DNA of 64,000 bases from the human T2T-CHM13v2.0 reference genome, Homo sapiens (GCF_009914755.1 NC_060929.1), one strand, 5' to 3'; shown: positions 14,332 through 30,420, numbered from the stretch's first letter. The notes: a model not told the origin generated them from the letters alone. Translations and numbers: made by a program.

Positions 14332-14771
14332 TGTGGTAGACAGAATAATGGCTTACTAAAATGTCGACGTCCTAATTTCTGGAACCTGTGAAAATGTCAC
14401 CTTCCATGACAAAAAGGACATTGTAGAAGCAATTATTTAAGGATCTAGAGATGAGAATATTAAGATGGGTTATTTGGGTGTTCCAAATGTGAACCCAAGT
14501 GGAGTTCTTGTAAGACTGAGAAGATGCCTTCGAGTTAGGAAGGAGATGGGAGATGTGTTATGAAAGCAGAGGTTGGAGTGACAGAATTTCAAGATGGAGA
14601 AAGGGGTTATAGCCAAGAATCCAAGCAGCCTCAAGAGAGTAGAAGCTCTTGATTTTCACCTATGTGACTCTATTTTAGTCTTTACTTGCAGAACTGTAAG
14701 ATAGTAGATTTGTGGTGTTTTAATCCACTAAGTTGGTAGTAATGTGCTCCAGCCACTATGAGACAAATACA
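14332..14771 (+). mobile_element. MLT1D-like LTR followed by (CA)n microsatellite (about 14776-14810)
   Basis: tgtggtagacagaataatggc...ctggaacctgtgaaaatgtcacc start; ...acaaataca end. Confidence 0.8.
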
Positions 14772-14772
14772 G

Positions 14773-14812
<40 letters not shown>

Positions 14813-15302
14813 TATATGTGTGTGGGTGTGTATTAGGAAAAGTAGTAAATCTAAATCTAGACTTTCTCATTCTCACCTAGGTTCTTATATTTTTAATTAT
14901 ATAACTAGTTACATAACATTATTTATATAATACTAGTTATATAACTAGTGCTCTATTATTTTCCTTCTATTTTAATTTTTCTGTTAAAAGAAAGTTTAAG
15001 AACATATGTATCCATATATGTATATACACATGCAGAAATATATATCTGTGTATGTGTGTGTGTTTATGAGTATATATATTCAAAGTTCTGAAACGTTTTT
15101 CAAAGCAATGCTGGCAATGGAATTCTCATTTCTATTTATCTTTTCTGTGGAGGTTTAAGTATGATTTATTTGGGAATTGCTACATTATCCTGACAAAAAT
15201 ATAACAGTAGTGGCAATATATAATCCCCCAAAAATGTTATATCTCCAGATAACTTTTAATGAGTTGGCATTGACTAGTATGAGAAATACAAGGCACAGAG
15301 AG

Positions 15303-15669
15303 TGATATGGTTTGGCTCTGTGCTGTCACCCAAATCTCATCTTGAATCGTAATTCCCATAATGCCCATGTGTTGAGGGGCCTGGTGGGAGGTGATTGGAT
15401 CATGGGCACAGTTTCCCCTAGATGTTCTCATGATAGTGAATGAGTTCTCATGAGATCTGATGGTTTTACAAGTGTTTGACAGTGCCTCCTTCACATGCTC
15501 TCTCTCCCCTGCTGCCATGTAAGACGTGCCTGCTTCCCCTTCCACCATGATTGTAAGTTCCCTGAGGCCTCCCCAGCCGTGCAGAACTGTGAGTCAATTA
15601 AGCCTCTTTCCTTTGTAAATTACCCTGTCTCGGGTATTCTTTATAGCAATGTGATAATGGATTAATACA
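15303..15669 (+). mobile_element. Solo THE1D/MSTA-type LTR
   Basis: TG...CA ends with a perfect 5-bp TSD GAGAG (15298-302 and 15670-74). Confidence 0.92.
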
Positions 15670-15841
15670 GAGAGTCTACACATTTCTTTATGTAAGATAT
15701 ACTTGTTTTCTGTTTATAGTTAGCATTTACAAAGTTTACAGTAAAATTTTTACTTACATTCATATAACATTTAAGTTATTCTCAAAATTTTATGCAACCA
15801 TTTTAGATCTAAAGTGGACTTTGTTTTTTTCCATAGAATAA

Positions 15842-16950
15842 GTATTTTGTAGGACTTCTCTTCAATATTGGTGTGTAGAAAAAAAAATGTGAACTTCAAG
15901 TTTCAATCAATTAAACTTTTGCTTAAACTGAAAAACCATGCCAACACACAAAAAGGTCATCTGGGGTGTGCCATTACATTAGGATTACGTACTGGTACTA
16001 CACACTCAGTTGTGTAGGACATAAGAATGGATTATACTTAATCCTCTAAAGGATGGCCTGAATTAAAGTGATAGAAAATGAGAGTTAATATTGCTAGTGT
16101 TACCATGTAAAATTTAATAATTATTTGCTTAATTATTGTCTTATTAATTTAATAGTTTCTAAAGAGAAATTTCATTAACAAATTAACAGGAACAGCTACA
16201 AAATTTGCAGTGTTCAGTGCAAAATTAAAATATAGGACATCTTCCTCAAAAATTATTTAAAACTTGACACGAATGACACCAAAGAATTAGCCAAGTGATG
16301 GGCCCCTGCAAATGAGCAGATCACATAAATCTATCCCTGAACATCAATTAGTTATAAAAAAATAAGAATTTAAGGCTGGGACCCATAGCCATAATTTTAC
16401 CCATACCTGCATTTATATCTGTATTTATATACCTGTAACAGTATTTAGATCTATTTATTCACAATCTCAGAATCAGATTGTAGAGACATTTAAAGATTAA
16501 CTAATACAAACTTGTCCTCTTACAAAAGAGAAAACTGAGCCGCAGTGCTTTGATTGTATCAGTAGCTAATATTAGAAATAAAAGCAACACATTATCTTAA
16601 ATATTTTATGTTTTTCTTATTACTACCAGTTTAGTGCTCCTATGTATTTTGTAGTACTTCTCTTCAATATTGGTGTGTAGAAAGAAAATGTGAACCCCGA
16701 GTTTAATCAATTAAACTTTGATTAAACTGAAAAACCATGGTCAATCCCAATACACAAAAGGGTCATCTGGGGTGTGCCATTGCATTAGGATTACATACTG
16801 GTACTATATGTTGCTGCTACATGCTATTTCACTCAGTCGTGTAGGAGAGAAGAATGGATTATACTTAAACTTCTAAAGAATGACCTCAATTAAAGAGATA
16901 GAAAATGGGAGTTAATATTGTTAGTGTTGCCATGTAAAATTTAATAATTA
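15842..16950. repeat. Dispersed direct duplication of about 290 bp (15842-16123 and 16644-16950)
   Basis: Both copies read gtattttgtag(g/t)acttctcttcaatattggtgtgtagaaa...ggtcatctggggtgtgccatt...catgtaaaatttaataatta. Confidence 0.92.
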
Positions 16951-17484
16951 ATATAATGTCTCATATATTCCGTGGTGATTAATTGGTGTGGAATATTTAA
17001 GCCACGAGAATAAGTACTATAAAAGCAAGAATTTATAATAGGGTCTTTAATGATCAGTTCTGTTCTTACACAGCTTCTCCCCACTCCTACTCCTTGGAAG
17101 CAACCAAGTGGTATGAGTTGGCCCCTACTCACCCCCTCCCTGGTGTCAGTGGACCACATCAGGGAAGTGAGGTTATTTTTTCACTTGGAGGAAACAAAGA
17201 TATGTAACTCAGTACCCTACTTTTGCCATGAGGTTGCCAGTGGGTGGAGGGAGAAGACAAACTTCCACCTAACCAGTCTGCAAGAAGGAAGTATAAGTTA
17301 GTACTCTACTTTTGGTAGGATGGTATTAGTAGGTCCCATCAGGAAGATAAACACGCACACCCACCCAGCTCTCAGGTTACACATCAATAGGGAACCATCT
17401 ACGAAATAATAAGAGAGAAAAATTCTCATAATATAAAAAAAAATTCAGGACACAATAAAAATCACTTATAAGACAAAAGAACTA

Positions 17485-17866
<382 letters not shown>

Positions 17867-19250
17867 TTGGAATTATCTAACAAGGATTTTGAAGAAACCA
17901 TCATAAAAGTGTTTAAATAAGCAATTATATATTGTATTCTCTTGGAACAAATAAAAGTTAAAATTAAAAATAAATTCAATAATGACTTATAAGTTATAAA
18001 AAGTAAACATGAACTAAATAAAATTAAAATACAATAATGGAAATAATAGATGCAGAGGATGGTCACAAAAGAAGAGAGCACAGAGCAGAAGATGGAATCA
18101 GTGAATCTGAAAACATGCCAACAGAATTTACTGTCTGAACAAGAAGAAGAAAACCGATAAAAAAAAATTTAACAGCATTTCAGGAAACTTTAGAACAATA
18201 ATAAAAGAGCTAACATTCATAATCACAGGAGATATAGAAGACGAGGAGATAGAATGTGGGACTAAAAAACTATTAAAAAATAATGACTTCAACCTTCCCA
18301 AATTAGATGGAAGACATAAACCTAAATATTCAAGAAACAGAGCAAACCCTAAATAGAATACACCCAAATACATTCAATTTCTGGAAATGAAAAAAAAAAT
18401 TAAAAATCTTGAAAGCAAACAGAGAAAAATGGCACATTTCTTACAGAAAAACAATAATGTAAACCACAGCAGATTTTCCATCTGAAACCATGAAGGTTGG
18501 AAGGAAACAGATAATATTTTTGAAGTACTGAAAGAACAGAACTGTGAACTGTAAATTCAATACCCAGCAATAATATTCTTCAGGCATTAAAGTGACATAG
18601 AAAACATTGTCTAATGAAAGAATGCTAAGGTAATGTGTTGCTAACAAACTTACCTTTAAAGAATAAGTTCTCTAAACAGAAAAGAAATGATAAAAGAAGA
18701 AGGTTTGCAGCTTTTACAAACATCCATCTAAGTGGGTAAAATTAAGCATAAATATAATGTATAATCAAACTTCTCTTAAGTTTTTAAGCCATTTCTAATA
18801 GTTGAAGCAAAAATTAATGACCTATCTGGTTAGATGCTCAAGGAACATAGAGGAAGTATTTAAGATAATTATATCTAAAAAGTAGTGATAGTAAAGAGAC
18901 TCATATGGAAACAAGTTTTCTACACTTCACTCAAAGAGGTAAAACATCAGTAACAGTAGATCTTGACATTACACATATATTATTTTAACCAGTGCAATTA
19001 ATAAAACCAAACAAAATCATGTACAATCATGCACTGCATAACGATGTTTTGCTCAGCAATAGACTGCATATATCATGGTGGTCCCATAAGATTATAATGG
19101 AGATGAATATTACCTAGTGACATTGCAGCTGAGCTGTCTTAACATCATAGTCTAACATATTTCTCACCTGTTTGTGGCAATGATGGTGTAAACAAACCTA
19201 CTTCATTGCCAGTTATATAAAAGTGTAGCACATAAAATTCTGTCTAGTAC

Positions 19251-21499
19251 TGATATTGTTTGGCTGTGTCCCCACCCAAATCTCATCTTGAATTGTAATC
19301 CTCATGATCCTCCCGTGTCAAGGGCAAGACCCGGTGGGAAGTGATTGGATCCTGGAGGCAGTTTCCCTCATGCTGTTCTCATGATAGTGAGTAAGTTTTC
19401 ATGAGATCCGATGGTTTTAAAAGTGTTTGAAAATTTCTCCTAGACACACTCATTCTCTCCTGTTGCCTTTTGAAGAAGCCAACTGCTTTTATTCCACCAT
19501 GATTGTAAGTTTTCTGAGGCCTCTCCAGCCATGCAGAACTATGAGTCAATTAATCCTCTTTCCTTTATAAATTACCCTGTCTTGGGTAGTATCTTTATAG
19601 CAGTGTGAGAACAGACTAATAGAGTAAATTGGTACTGGGAGTGGGGCACTGCTATAAAGATACTGAAAATGAGGAAGTGACTTTAGAACTGGGTATCGGG
19701 CAGAGGTTGGAAGTGTTTGGAGGGCTCAGAAGAAGACAGGAAGTTGTGAGAAAGTTTGAAACTTCCTAGGGACCTGTGGAATGGTTTTGACCAAAATGCT
19801 GATAGTGATATAGACAGTGAAGTCCAAGCTGAGGTGGTCTTGGATGGACAAGAACTCATTAGGAACTAGAGCCCAAAGATCACTGTTACTCTGCCTTAGC
19901 AAAGAGACTGGAAGCATTTTGCCCCTGTCCTAGAGATCTGTGGAACTTTTAATTTGAGAAACATTATCTCAAATTGGAACTTATGTTTAAAATGGAAGCA
20001 GGGCATAAAAGTTTGGAAAATTTGCAGCCTGACCATGCAGTAGAAAAGAAAAACCCATTTTTCAGGGGAGGAATTCAAGCTGGCTACAGAAATTTGCCTA
20101 AATAACAAGAAGCCAAATGTTATTACAGTAGCCAAAACAATGGCAAAATTTTTCTTGGGCGTATCAGAGACTTCCATGGCAGCCCTTCTCATCACAGACC
20201 CAGCAGCCTCTGAGGGAAAAATGGTTTCATGGGCTGGGCCTAGGGCCCCGTTGCTCTGGGCAACCTCAGGACTTGGTGCCCTGTGTCCCAGCTGCTGCTA
20301 CTCCAGCTCCAGCCGTGGCTAAAAGGAGCCAATGTACAGCTCATCTGTTGATTCAGAGGGTGCAAGCCCCAAGCCTTGGAGGATTCCATATGGTGTTGGG
20401 CCTGAGGGTACACAGAAGTCAAGAATTCAGGTGTGGAAACCTCTGCCTAGATTTCATAGGTTGTATGGAAATGCCTGGATGTCCAGGTCGAGATTGGTTG
20501 CAGGGGTGGAGCCATCATGGAGAACCTCTGCTAGGGTAGTGCAGAAGGGAAATGTGGGGTTGAAGCTCCCACACAGAGTCCCCACTGGGGCACTGCCTAG
20601 TGAAGCTATGAGAAGAGGGCCACTGTTCTCCAGACCCCTGAATGGAAGATCCACCAACAGCTTGTACTGTGCACCTGGAAAAGCCACAGACACTCAATGC
20701 CAGCCTGTGAAGGAACTGCCCAAGGCCATGGGAGCCCACCCCTTGCATTAACATGCCCTGGATGTGAAACATGGAGACAAGGAGATTATTTTAAAGCTTT
20801 AAGTTTTAATGACTGCCCTGCTGGGTTTCAGACTTTCATGGGGCCTGCATCCCCTTTGTTTTGACTAATTTCTCCCATTTGGAATGGGAGCATTTATCCA
20901 ATTCTTGTACCCTCATGGTATCTAGGAAGTAACTAACTTGCTTTTGATTTTACAGGCTTATAGGCCAAAACGTCTTGCCTTGTCTCAGATGAGACTTTGA
21001 ACTGTGGGCTGTTGAGTTACTGCTGAAATGATTTAAGACTCTGGGGGACTGTTAGGAAGGCATGATGTTGGGTTGGAAATGTAAAAAATATGTGAGATCT
21101 GGGAGGGGCCAGGGGTGGAATGATATGGTTTGGCTCTATATCCCCACCCAAATCTCATCTTGAATTGTAATCTTCATAATACCCATGTGTTGAGGGCAGG
21201 ATCTGGTGGAAGGTGATTGGATCATGTGGGCGGTTTCCGCCATACTGTTCTTACGATAGTGAGTGAGTTCTCAGGAGATCTGATGGTTTTGTTAAGTGTT
21301 TCACAGCTCCTCCTACACACAATCCTTCTCTCTCCTGTTGTCTTGTGAAGAAGATGACTGCTTCCCATTTCACCATGATTGTAAGTTCCATGAGGCCTCC
21401 TCAGCCATGCAGAACTGTGACTCAATTAAACCTCTTTCCTTTATGAATTACCCAATCTCGGGTAGTGTCTTTATAGTAGTGTGAGAATGGACTAATACA
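19251..21499 (+). mobile_element. Full THE1(C/D) MaLR provirus: LTR 19251-19623, internal, LTR 21121-21499
   Basis: Two LTRs around THE1-int with polypurine tract gggaggggccaggggtggaa; perfect TSD AGTAC (19246-50 and 21500-04). Confidence 0.93.
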
Positions 21500-21616
21500 A
21501 GTACATTTTACTTAGTAATAATAATAAACAAATATATTACATTTTTGTGTATTTACTACACCATATTTTTTATTGTTATTGTAGTGTACACCTTCTACTT
21601 ATTAAAAGAAATAGGC

Positions 21617-21908
<292 letters not shown>

Positions 21909-23144
21909 TCACGAGGCATTTCAGAGGGCATTGTTATCATAGATGTCGACAGATCCATATGCATTATTGGCCTAGAGGAGCTTCCAGTGGGACAAGATCT
22001 GGAGGTAGAAAACAGTGATGTTGATCATACTGACCCTGTGTAGGCCTACGCTAGTATGTGCATTTGTGTCTTTGTTTTTAACAACAACAACAAAAAAATT
22101 AAAAATTAAAAGATGTAAAATTACAAAAAAATCTTAGAGAATAAGGATATAAGGAAATAAAGTATTTCTGTGTACAATATGTGTTTTAAGCTAAGTGTTG
22201 TTACAAAAGAGTCAAAAAGTTAAAAATAAGTTAAAAAGTTTATAAAGTAAAAAAGTTACTGTAGGATAAGTTTAATGTATTTTGAAAGAAATAAGTTTCT
22301 TTATAAATTTTATAAATTCAGTGTTTATAAAGTCTACAGTTTTGTACAATGATGCCCTAGGCATTTACGCTCACTCACCACTTACTCACTAACTCTCCCA
22401 GAGCAACTCCTAGCCCTGCAAACTTCATTTATAGTAAGTGCCCTAATCAGGTATACCATTTTTGATGTTTTGACTGGATTTTTTACTGTACCTTTTTTTT
22501 ATGTTTAGATACACAAATATTTACCGTTGTGTTGCAGATGCCTACAGTATTCAGCACAGTAACATGCTGTATAGGTTTGTAGCCTAGGATCAATAGGCTG
22601 TACCACATAACCTAGGGTGAGTAGTAGGTTATGCTATCTCTATTTACACATAGAATACACTATATGATGTTACACAGTGAAGAAATTGCCTAATGCATTT
22701 CTCAGAATGTAATTTTTGTCATTAAGTGATGCAACATTGTATTTAAAACACTATAAATAAATTAAGATGGAAACTTAACATGTTTATGTAACCCATTGGA
22801 AAGCAAGAAAAAGACAGAGGAATAAGAAACAGAAACAAATAACAAAGTGGTAGACTTCAACCACAACATACAAATTGTTAAACATAAAAGGCCTATAGAA
22901 ACCAACTAAAAAACATAGATTGGCAGAGTAGTTAAAAAAACAAAAATCAAAAACGAAAAAACATGGCCAACAATATTGTCCAAATTGCATTTGTACCCCA
23001 TAAATAAATAATTTTTAAAATTCTGCCTATATAAAACTAACTTCAAATACAGCATAGGTAAGATAAAAGTAAAAAGAGAGAACCAGTAAAATAATTTAAA
23101 AATGCAAGTGAGGTTATAGTAATATATCAGCTACATAAATTTTA

Positions 23145-23145
23145 T

Positions 23146-23179
<34 letters not shown>

Positions 23180-23463
23180 TTGAGACAGAGTCTCGCTCTG
23201 TCACCCAGGCTGGAGTGCAGTGGAGCAATCTCAAACTCACTGCAAGCTCCACCTCCCAGGTTCATGCCATTCTCCTGCCTCAGCCTCCCGAGTAGCTGGT
23301 ACTACAGGTGCCCACCACCACGCCCAGCTAATTTTTTTGTGTTTTTAGTAGAGACGGGGTTTCACCTGTTAGCTAGGATGGTCTCGATCTCCTGACCTTG
23401 TGATCCTCCAGTCTCAGCCTCCCAAAGTGCTGGGATTACAGGCATGAGCCAGGGTGCCCGGCC
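23145..23463 (-). mobile_element. AluY-like with (TTA)n tail
   Basis: TSD CAGCTACATAAATTTT on both sides. Confidence 0.95.
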
Positions 23464-23625
23464 CAGCTACATAAATTTTAAAAAGTAAAAAAAGTCAAAT
23501 TGCGTTTTTAAATATTTTACATTCCATTGCCATTCAAAGAAATAACATTGTTTTCAATACGATTAAGCAAGTATCATTAGACCTAGAAATAGCCACAATC
23601 ATTTCTTTAAAAGATTATTAATATT

Positions 23626-23928
23626 TATTTATTTATTTATTTATTTTTAGGCGGAGTCTCACTCTGTTCACCAAGCTGGAGTGCAGTGGTGCAGTCTCAG
23701 CTCACTGCAATTTCTGCCTCACCCTCCCGAGTAATTGGGATTACAGGCACGTGCCACCACATATGGCTAATTTTTGTATTTTTAGTAGAGACTAATTTTT
23801 GTACTTTTAGTAGAGACAGGGTTTCACCATATTGGCCAGGCTGGTCACAAACTCCTGACCTCAGGTGATTGGCCCGCATCAGCCTCCCAAAGTGCTGGGA
23901 TTACAGGCGTAAGTCATCGTGCCCAGCT
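23626..23928 (-). mobile_element. AluSx-like with an internal deletion and duplication
   Basis: TSD AAGATTA(T/C)TAATATT; duplicated taatttttgta(t/c)ttttagtagagac. Confidence 0.92.
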
Positions 23929-25111
23929 AAGATTACTAATATTTATAAGCTCTACCTTCTTTCTTGGAGAAATGACTTTATAATTTCACTTTCTAATTCA
24001 GTTACCTGTTGAAACTAAATTAAAATATATTCATATGCAAAATGCAAGTAAATAAAAACAGCAGCTTTCTCTATGCTAAAAGGAAGTTCCTTTGGAGCTC
24101 ATTTCCTTGACAATGCAAGAAAGTACTTCACTGCACTATCTTCATTATGCAAATAAAGGTGCATTTTAGCTCTTTGAAGAAGAAGAGGAAGAACATGTCT
24201 CTCAAATGGCAGGAAAGAACAAATTTCCTTAAGGAAGAGTGAGGGAAAGTTCATCAACACCAACCCTAGGTACATCTTCATTCAGACTTGAAAAGCTTTT
24301 GAATAGCGTCTGTTTATTCCTGTTAGAACTGAACTGGCAGGAAAAGACAATGGAGAAGCCACAAAGAGGAGTAGCTAGGTAGCAGCATTCAGGTCCACAA
24401 TGCCTGGATTTCATTATTATTATTCTACTGTATCTTCAGGCAGTTTATGTAAATCATGTTATTGAGTTCTCTCATCTGGAAGATGAGAGTACTAATAGTT
24501 CCAGCGTTCTTACATTAGTGCTGCTGCCATTAGTTATCATCATTTAAGTGTCTGTTCTTATTGTTCAAAGAGTGACTGGCAGTTGAGAGTCCCTGGGACC
24601 TGAAGTAGGGAGGTAGAGAATTTTGCATTGGAGTATACTGTTATCTTAACCTTGGAGGCCTGAGTGTTCTTAGGTAAAAGACTGCTTTGGAGGCTGCAAA
24701 TGGAACTAGAATCCCACCAGATCACAGCCATCTGACTTGGTTGCGTTTTTATGGAAACCAGCGTGTTGAGGATGTGAGACTGATATAAAAGCACTAGGAT
24801 ATTCACAGGGTAAAAGTCAGGAGGATCATAACAGCACAGTACTAGAGAACCAGTACGTAGTGGTGTGATGAATGAAAGCCACTGACATAACTTTCGCATC
24901 TTGTCTTCCTGTATTCTTTCTTTCTGTGACAGTTGTTGAGATCATGACCTCTTCTGGAATGGTGTTCTCAGAAGTCCTTGGACAATCAGGGTGTACTAGG
25001 AGAAAACATGCTGTGAGATGGGATGAAAGTCTTCAGGATGGACACTATACTTTCTGTTATTGGAGGATTCGGTAGTTTGAATAAGCGTTTGAATGAATAA
25101 AATATTTGAGT

Positions 25112-25872
25112 TGAGGACTAAATTCTGATTTTTTTTTTTCATCTTGCCCAAATTCCTATTTAAAGAAACTGGGAGTCAGCCCTACGAATGATAACATCTC
25201 TTTACATGGGTTTTTTATTAACCCTATATAATGTGGCTTGCTTTCCAACCTGACTCTGGTACAGCATCACATAACAGACAGCAGACCCTGAAGGATATAA
25301 AAATATTTTGCCCTAAAATATATTTCTTTGATGTCTTTTGAAATGGCTGTTGCAAGGCCAGCAAACTGAGGTAGAGGAAATTTGCATCTATGGAGAATCT
25401 TCATTAATGCAGCCATGCTTCCCCTTTCTATGCCTTTCCAGGACCTAGGAGTGATTGAGAGTCTGATACCTTTAAAGGTCTGAAAAGAAACATTTACCAT
25501 CTATTCTCTCTGAGGGCCACCTATGAGGCTTCATCTACTTAATAAGATCCTTGGTCTTTCCCCCACTCTTATCTGAACTCAGGCATTCCTTTCTATCGAT
25601 TTCAAGACTTTAGACGATAGCATAACTCTCTCAACCAATTGTCAACTAAAGGATCCCTAAAAGCCCCTTATGACGTACAAGCTCCTACCCTGACCTACCT
25701 GCAATTACCTGCAGTTGGTTGTCTCCTTGGAATGTATAAAACCAAAGTGTAACCCGGTTGCCTTGGGCACGCTTTCAGAACCTCTTGAGATAGTGTAACC
25801 CAGGCCTTGGTCACTTATACTGGCTCTGAATAAACCTCTTTAAATATATTTTGACAGAATTTGGTTTTTGTG
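25112..25872 (+). mobile_element. MER4-family (ERV1) solo LTR
   Basis: tgaggactaaattctgattttttttttcatcttgcccaaattcctat start; tgtataaaa TATA-like box and aataaacctctttaaa polyA signal near the end. Confidence 0.82.
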
Positions 25873-28800
25873 TATTTTTCTGTGTATTTCTACCTCTGAG
25901 AAGAGGAGTAATTTATACTCTTTAAAAATCATGGTCAGGTATGACTGGTGCTAGAATGAGGATGAAGGGAAGAGAAAGGGAAGAAATAATTCTCCACTCT
26001 TTGTTTCCAATTTTAGTTCTTTAAAGTAAAAGTACAAAACATTTTGTAGAGATGTAGTTTGTGGTGGCACGGTTGAAAAACTTCTGCAGTTTATGATTCC
26101 TCCACTACAGTGTGATAATGTTTTAAATAGCATTTAAAATGTAGATTCTGTCCAATCCTTACAATTAACTTTTTTATTGTTTGGAATCCATGAAGTTGGT
26201 ATATGCATGAGCAGATACATATTTATTTAAGAAAAAAAATTAGGCCTTACAGAAAATTGGTTTCTCAGAGACATGATAAAAGTTACCAGATAATGTCTCT
26301 CAGACTATATCTATGAAAAAATACATAACCAAATAGACACCAATTGCAAATGAATTAATTACATTGAAATTCTAATAACTTTCATTTCCTAAACTGACAT
26401 TGATGGAAAAGAATTCTAAGATATAAAATAAGCTCTACTTCATCCTGCTTTCAATAGCACATGATTTAATCAGAATATATAAGTAATACTGTTGAGCACA
26501 TAAATATTATTTTCATTACTTGATGATAATTATGACTATTTTCATTGCTATAATTTTGGTCATGCCATATTGATTAGCAATAAAATATATACTTAGCTAG
26601 AGAGGCAGCTAATCCAAAACTTTTGGGATTTCTTTTTTTTTTTAGATTATTGGTGCTCCTCCTCCTGTCATTGAGGTTAAAATTAAATGTTACATATTCC
26701 TTCTCTGTGTATGTGTATCTTATTTCCTCATATTCTACCTCTTCAGAGTAGTGTGTGTGAGTGCATGCACACACACTTGCATGTGAGAGCTTCTAATATC
26801 TAAATTAATGTTGAATCATTATTCAGAAACAAAGAGAGCTAACTGTTATCCTGACTTTATTCTTTATGAAGAAAAATACAGTGATTCCAAGTTACCAAGT
26901 TAGTGCTGCTTTATTTATAAATGAAGTAACATTTTACAAGTTGTGCATAAGTTAAAATTCAGAAATAAAACTTCATCCTAAAACTCTGTGTGTTGCTTTA
27001 AATAATCAGAGCATCTGCCTACTTAATTTTTTTTGTGTGGGTGCACAATAGATGTTTAATGAGATCCTGTCATCTGTCTGCTTTTTTATTGTAAAACAGG
27101 AGGGGTTTTAATCCTGGAGGAACAACTGATGTACCTCTGAAAAAGAGAGGGATTAGTTATTAATTGAATTGAGGGTTGTCTTGTCTTAGTAGCTTTTATT
27201 CTCTAGGTACTATTTGATTATGATTGTGAAAATAGAATTTATCCCTCATTAAATGTAAAATCAACAGGAGAATAGCAAAAACTTATGAGATAGATGAACA
27301 TTGTGTGAGTGGCATGGTTTAATTTGTTTGGAAGAAGCACTTGCCCCAGAAGATACACAATGAAATTCATGTTATTGAGTAGAGTAGTAATACAGTGTGT
27401 TCCCTTGTGAAGTTCATAACCAAGAATTATTTTAGTAGTGGATAGGTAGGCTGAATAATTGACTTCTTATCATTTTCAGGTTCTGTGTTTGATTTTTTTT
27501 ACATATTAATTTCTTTGATCCACATTAAGCTCAGTTATGTATTTCCATTTTATAAATGAAAAAAAAAAAAATAGGCACTTGCAAATGTCAGATCACTTGC
27601 CTGTGGTCATTCGGGTAGAGATTTGTGAAGCTAAGTTGGTCTTAATCAAATGTCAAGCTTTTTTTTTTCTTATAAAATATAGATTTTAATATGAGTTTTA
27701 AAATAAAATTAATTAGAAAAAGGCAAATTACTCAATATATAAAATGTATTGCATTTGTAATAGGTAGGTATTTCATTTTCTAGTTATGGTGGGATATTAT
27801 TCAGACTATAATTCCCAATGAAAAAACTTTAAAAAATGCTAGTGATTGCACATTTAAAACACCTTTTAAAAAGCATTGAGAGCTTATAAAATTTTAATAA
27901 GTGATCAAACCAAATTTGAAGAGAAAAGAAGAACCCAGAGAGGTAAGGATATAACCTTACCAGTTGCAATTTGCCGATCTCTACAAATATTAATATTTAT
28001 TTTGACAGTTTCAGGGTGAATGAGAAAGAAACCAAAACCGAAGACTAGCATATGTTAAGTCTTCTTAAGGAGCCCTCCCTTAAAAGATTGAGATGACCAA
28101 ATCTTATACCCTCAGCATAAGGTGAACCAGACAGACCTAAAGCAGTGGTAGCTTGGATCCACTACTTGGGTTTGTGTGACTGCGTGACTCAGGTAATCTC
28201 AAAAATTGAACATTTTTTTAAGGTGGTCCTACTCGTATGCCCAGGTGTTAGGGAGAAGCAAATCTGAATGCTTTATAAAAATACCCTGAAGCTAAATCTT
28301 ACAATATTCTCAAGAACACAGTGAAACAAGGCAAAATAAGTTAAAATCAACAAAAACAACATGAAACATAATTAGACCCACAAAGACTTCAAACATTGGA
28401 CAATATCAGAGAAAGATAATAAATATTTTACTCTTTAAAAATTTAGTTAAAAGCTTAAACTAATTGTAGAGAAAAAACTGTGTTAGTATTATATTGTAGA
28501 TGAAATAAGCAAAACATTTAAAATACAAATGTGATTACTTAAATTAAATATAATAGATAATTTACCACCAGATTAGATACCATTGAAGGAATAATTAATA
28601 TACTGAAATACAGGTCAGTAGAAGTTTTTTTCAATTCAGCATGGAGATGTAAAAAATGAAAATTAATGCAAAAAATAAGGGCACAAAAAGAAATGAGTAA
28701 TTTTGATCAGAAATGTATTAAAATTAATAAACTGGAAATTTGACATTTAAAAAAAAGCATTGTCGTCCAAGTAGATGTGTCTATTAAATAGTTGTTCTCA

Positions 28801-29294
28801 TATCCAGTAATGTAATTATTATTCCCCCTCATGCAGTTCAGATTCTGGGGTAATCTTTAGACATCAGTTTTATCTTTTATATTATTTATTCTGTTTACTA
28901 CATTTTATTTTGCTAATGATATTTTTAATTTCTGACATTCTGGAGTATTGCTCGTAAAAGGTATTTTTAAAAATATTTTATGGTTATTTTTGTGATTCCT
29001 ATTCCTGTATGGACACCAAGGCTATTGACATTTTCTTTAGTTTCTTCTGTTAATTCTATTTTCTTAGTGTTTATATCATTTCATAGATAGGATATTCTTT
29101 ATTTTTTATTTTTATTTAAATATTTGGTGATTCTTGGTTTTCTCAGCCATCTATTGTCAAGTGTTCTTATTAAGCATTGTTATTAAATAAAGATTATTTC
29201 CTCTAATCACATGAGAATCTTTATTTCCCCCAAGTAATTGAAAATTGCAATGCCATGCTGCCATGTGGTACAGCATGGGTTTGGGCTTGCTTTC

Positions 29295-30420
<1,126 letters not shown>

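Noticed and set aside
19726-20772. Overlapping ORFs of 60-139 aa
   Set aside because: They are decayed THE1-internal sequence; the ORFs at 55494-56576 are likewise MST-int.
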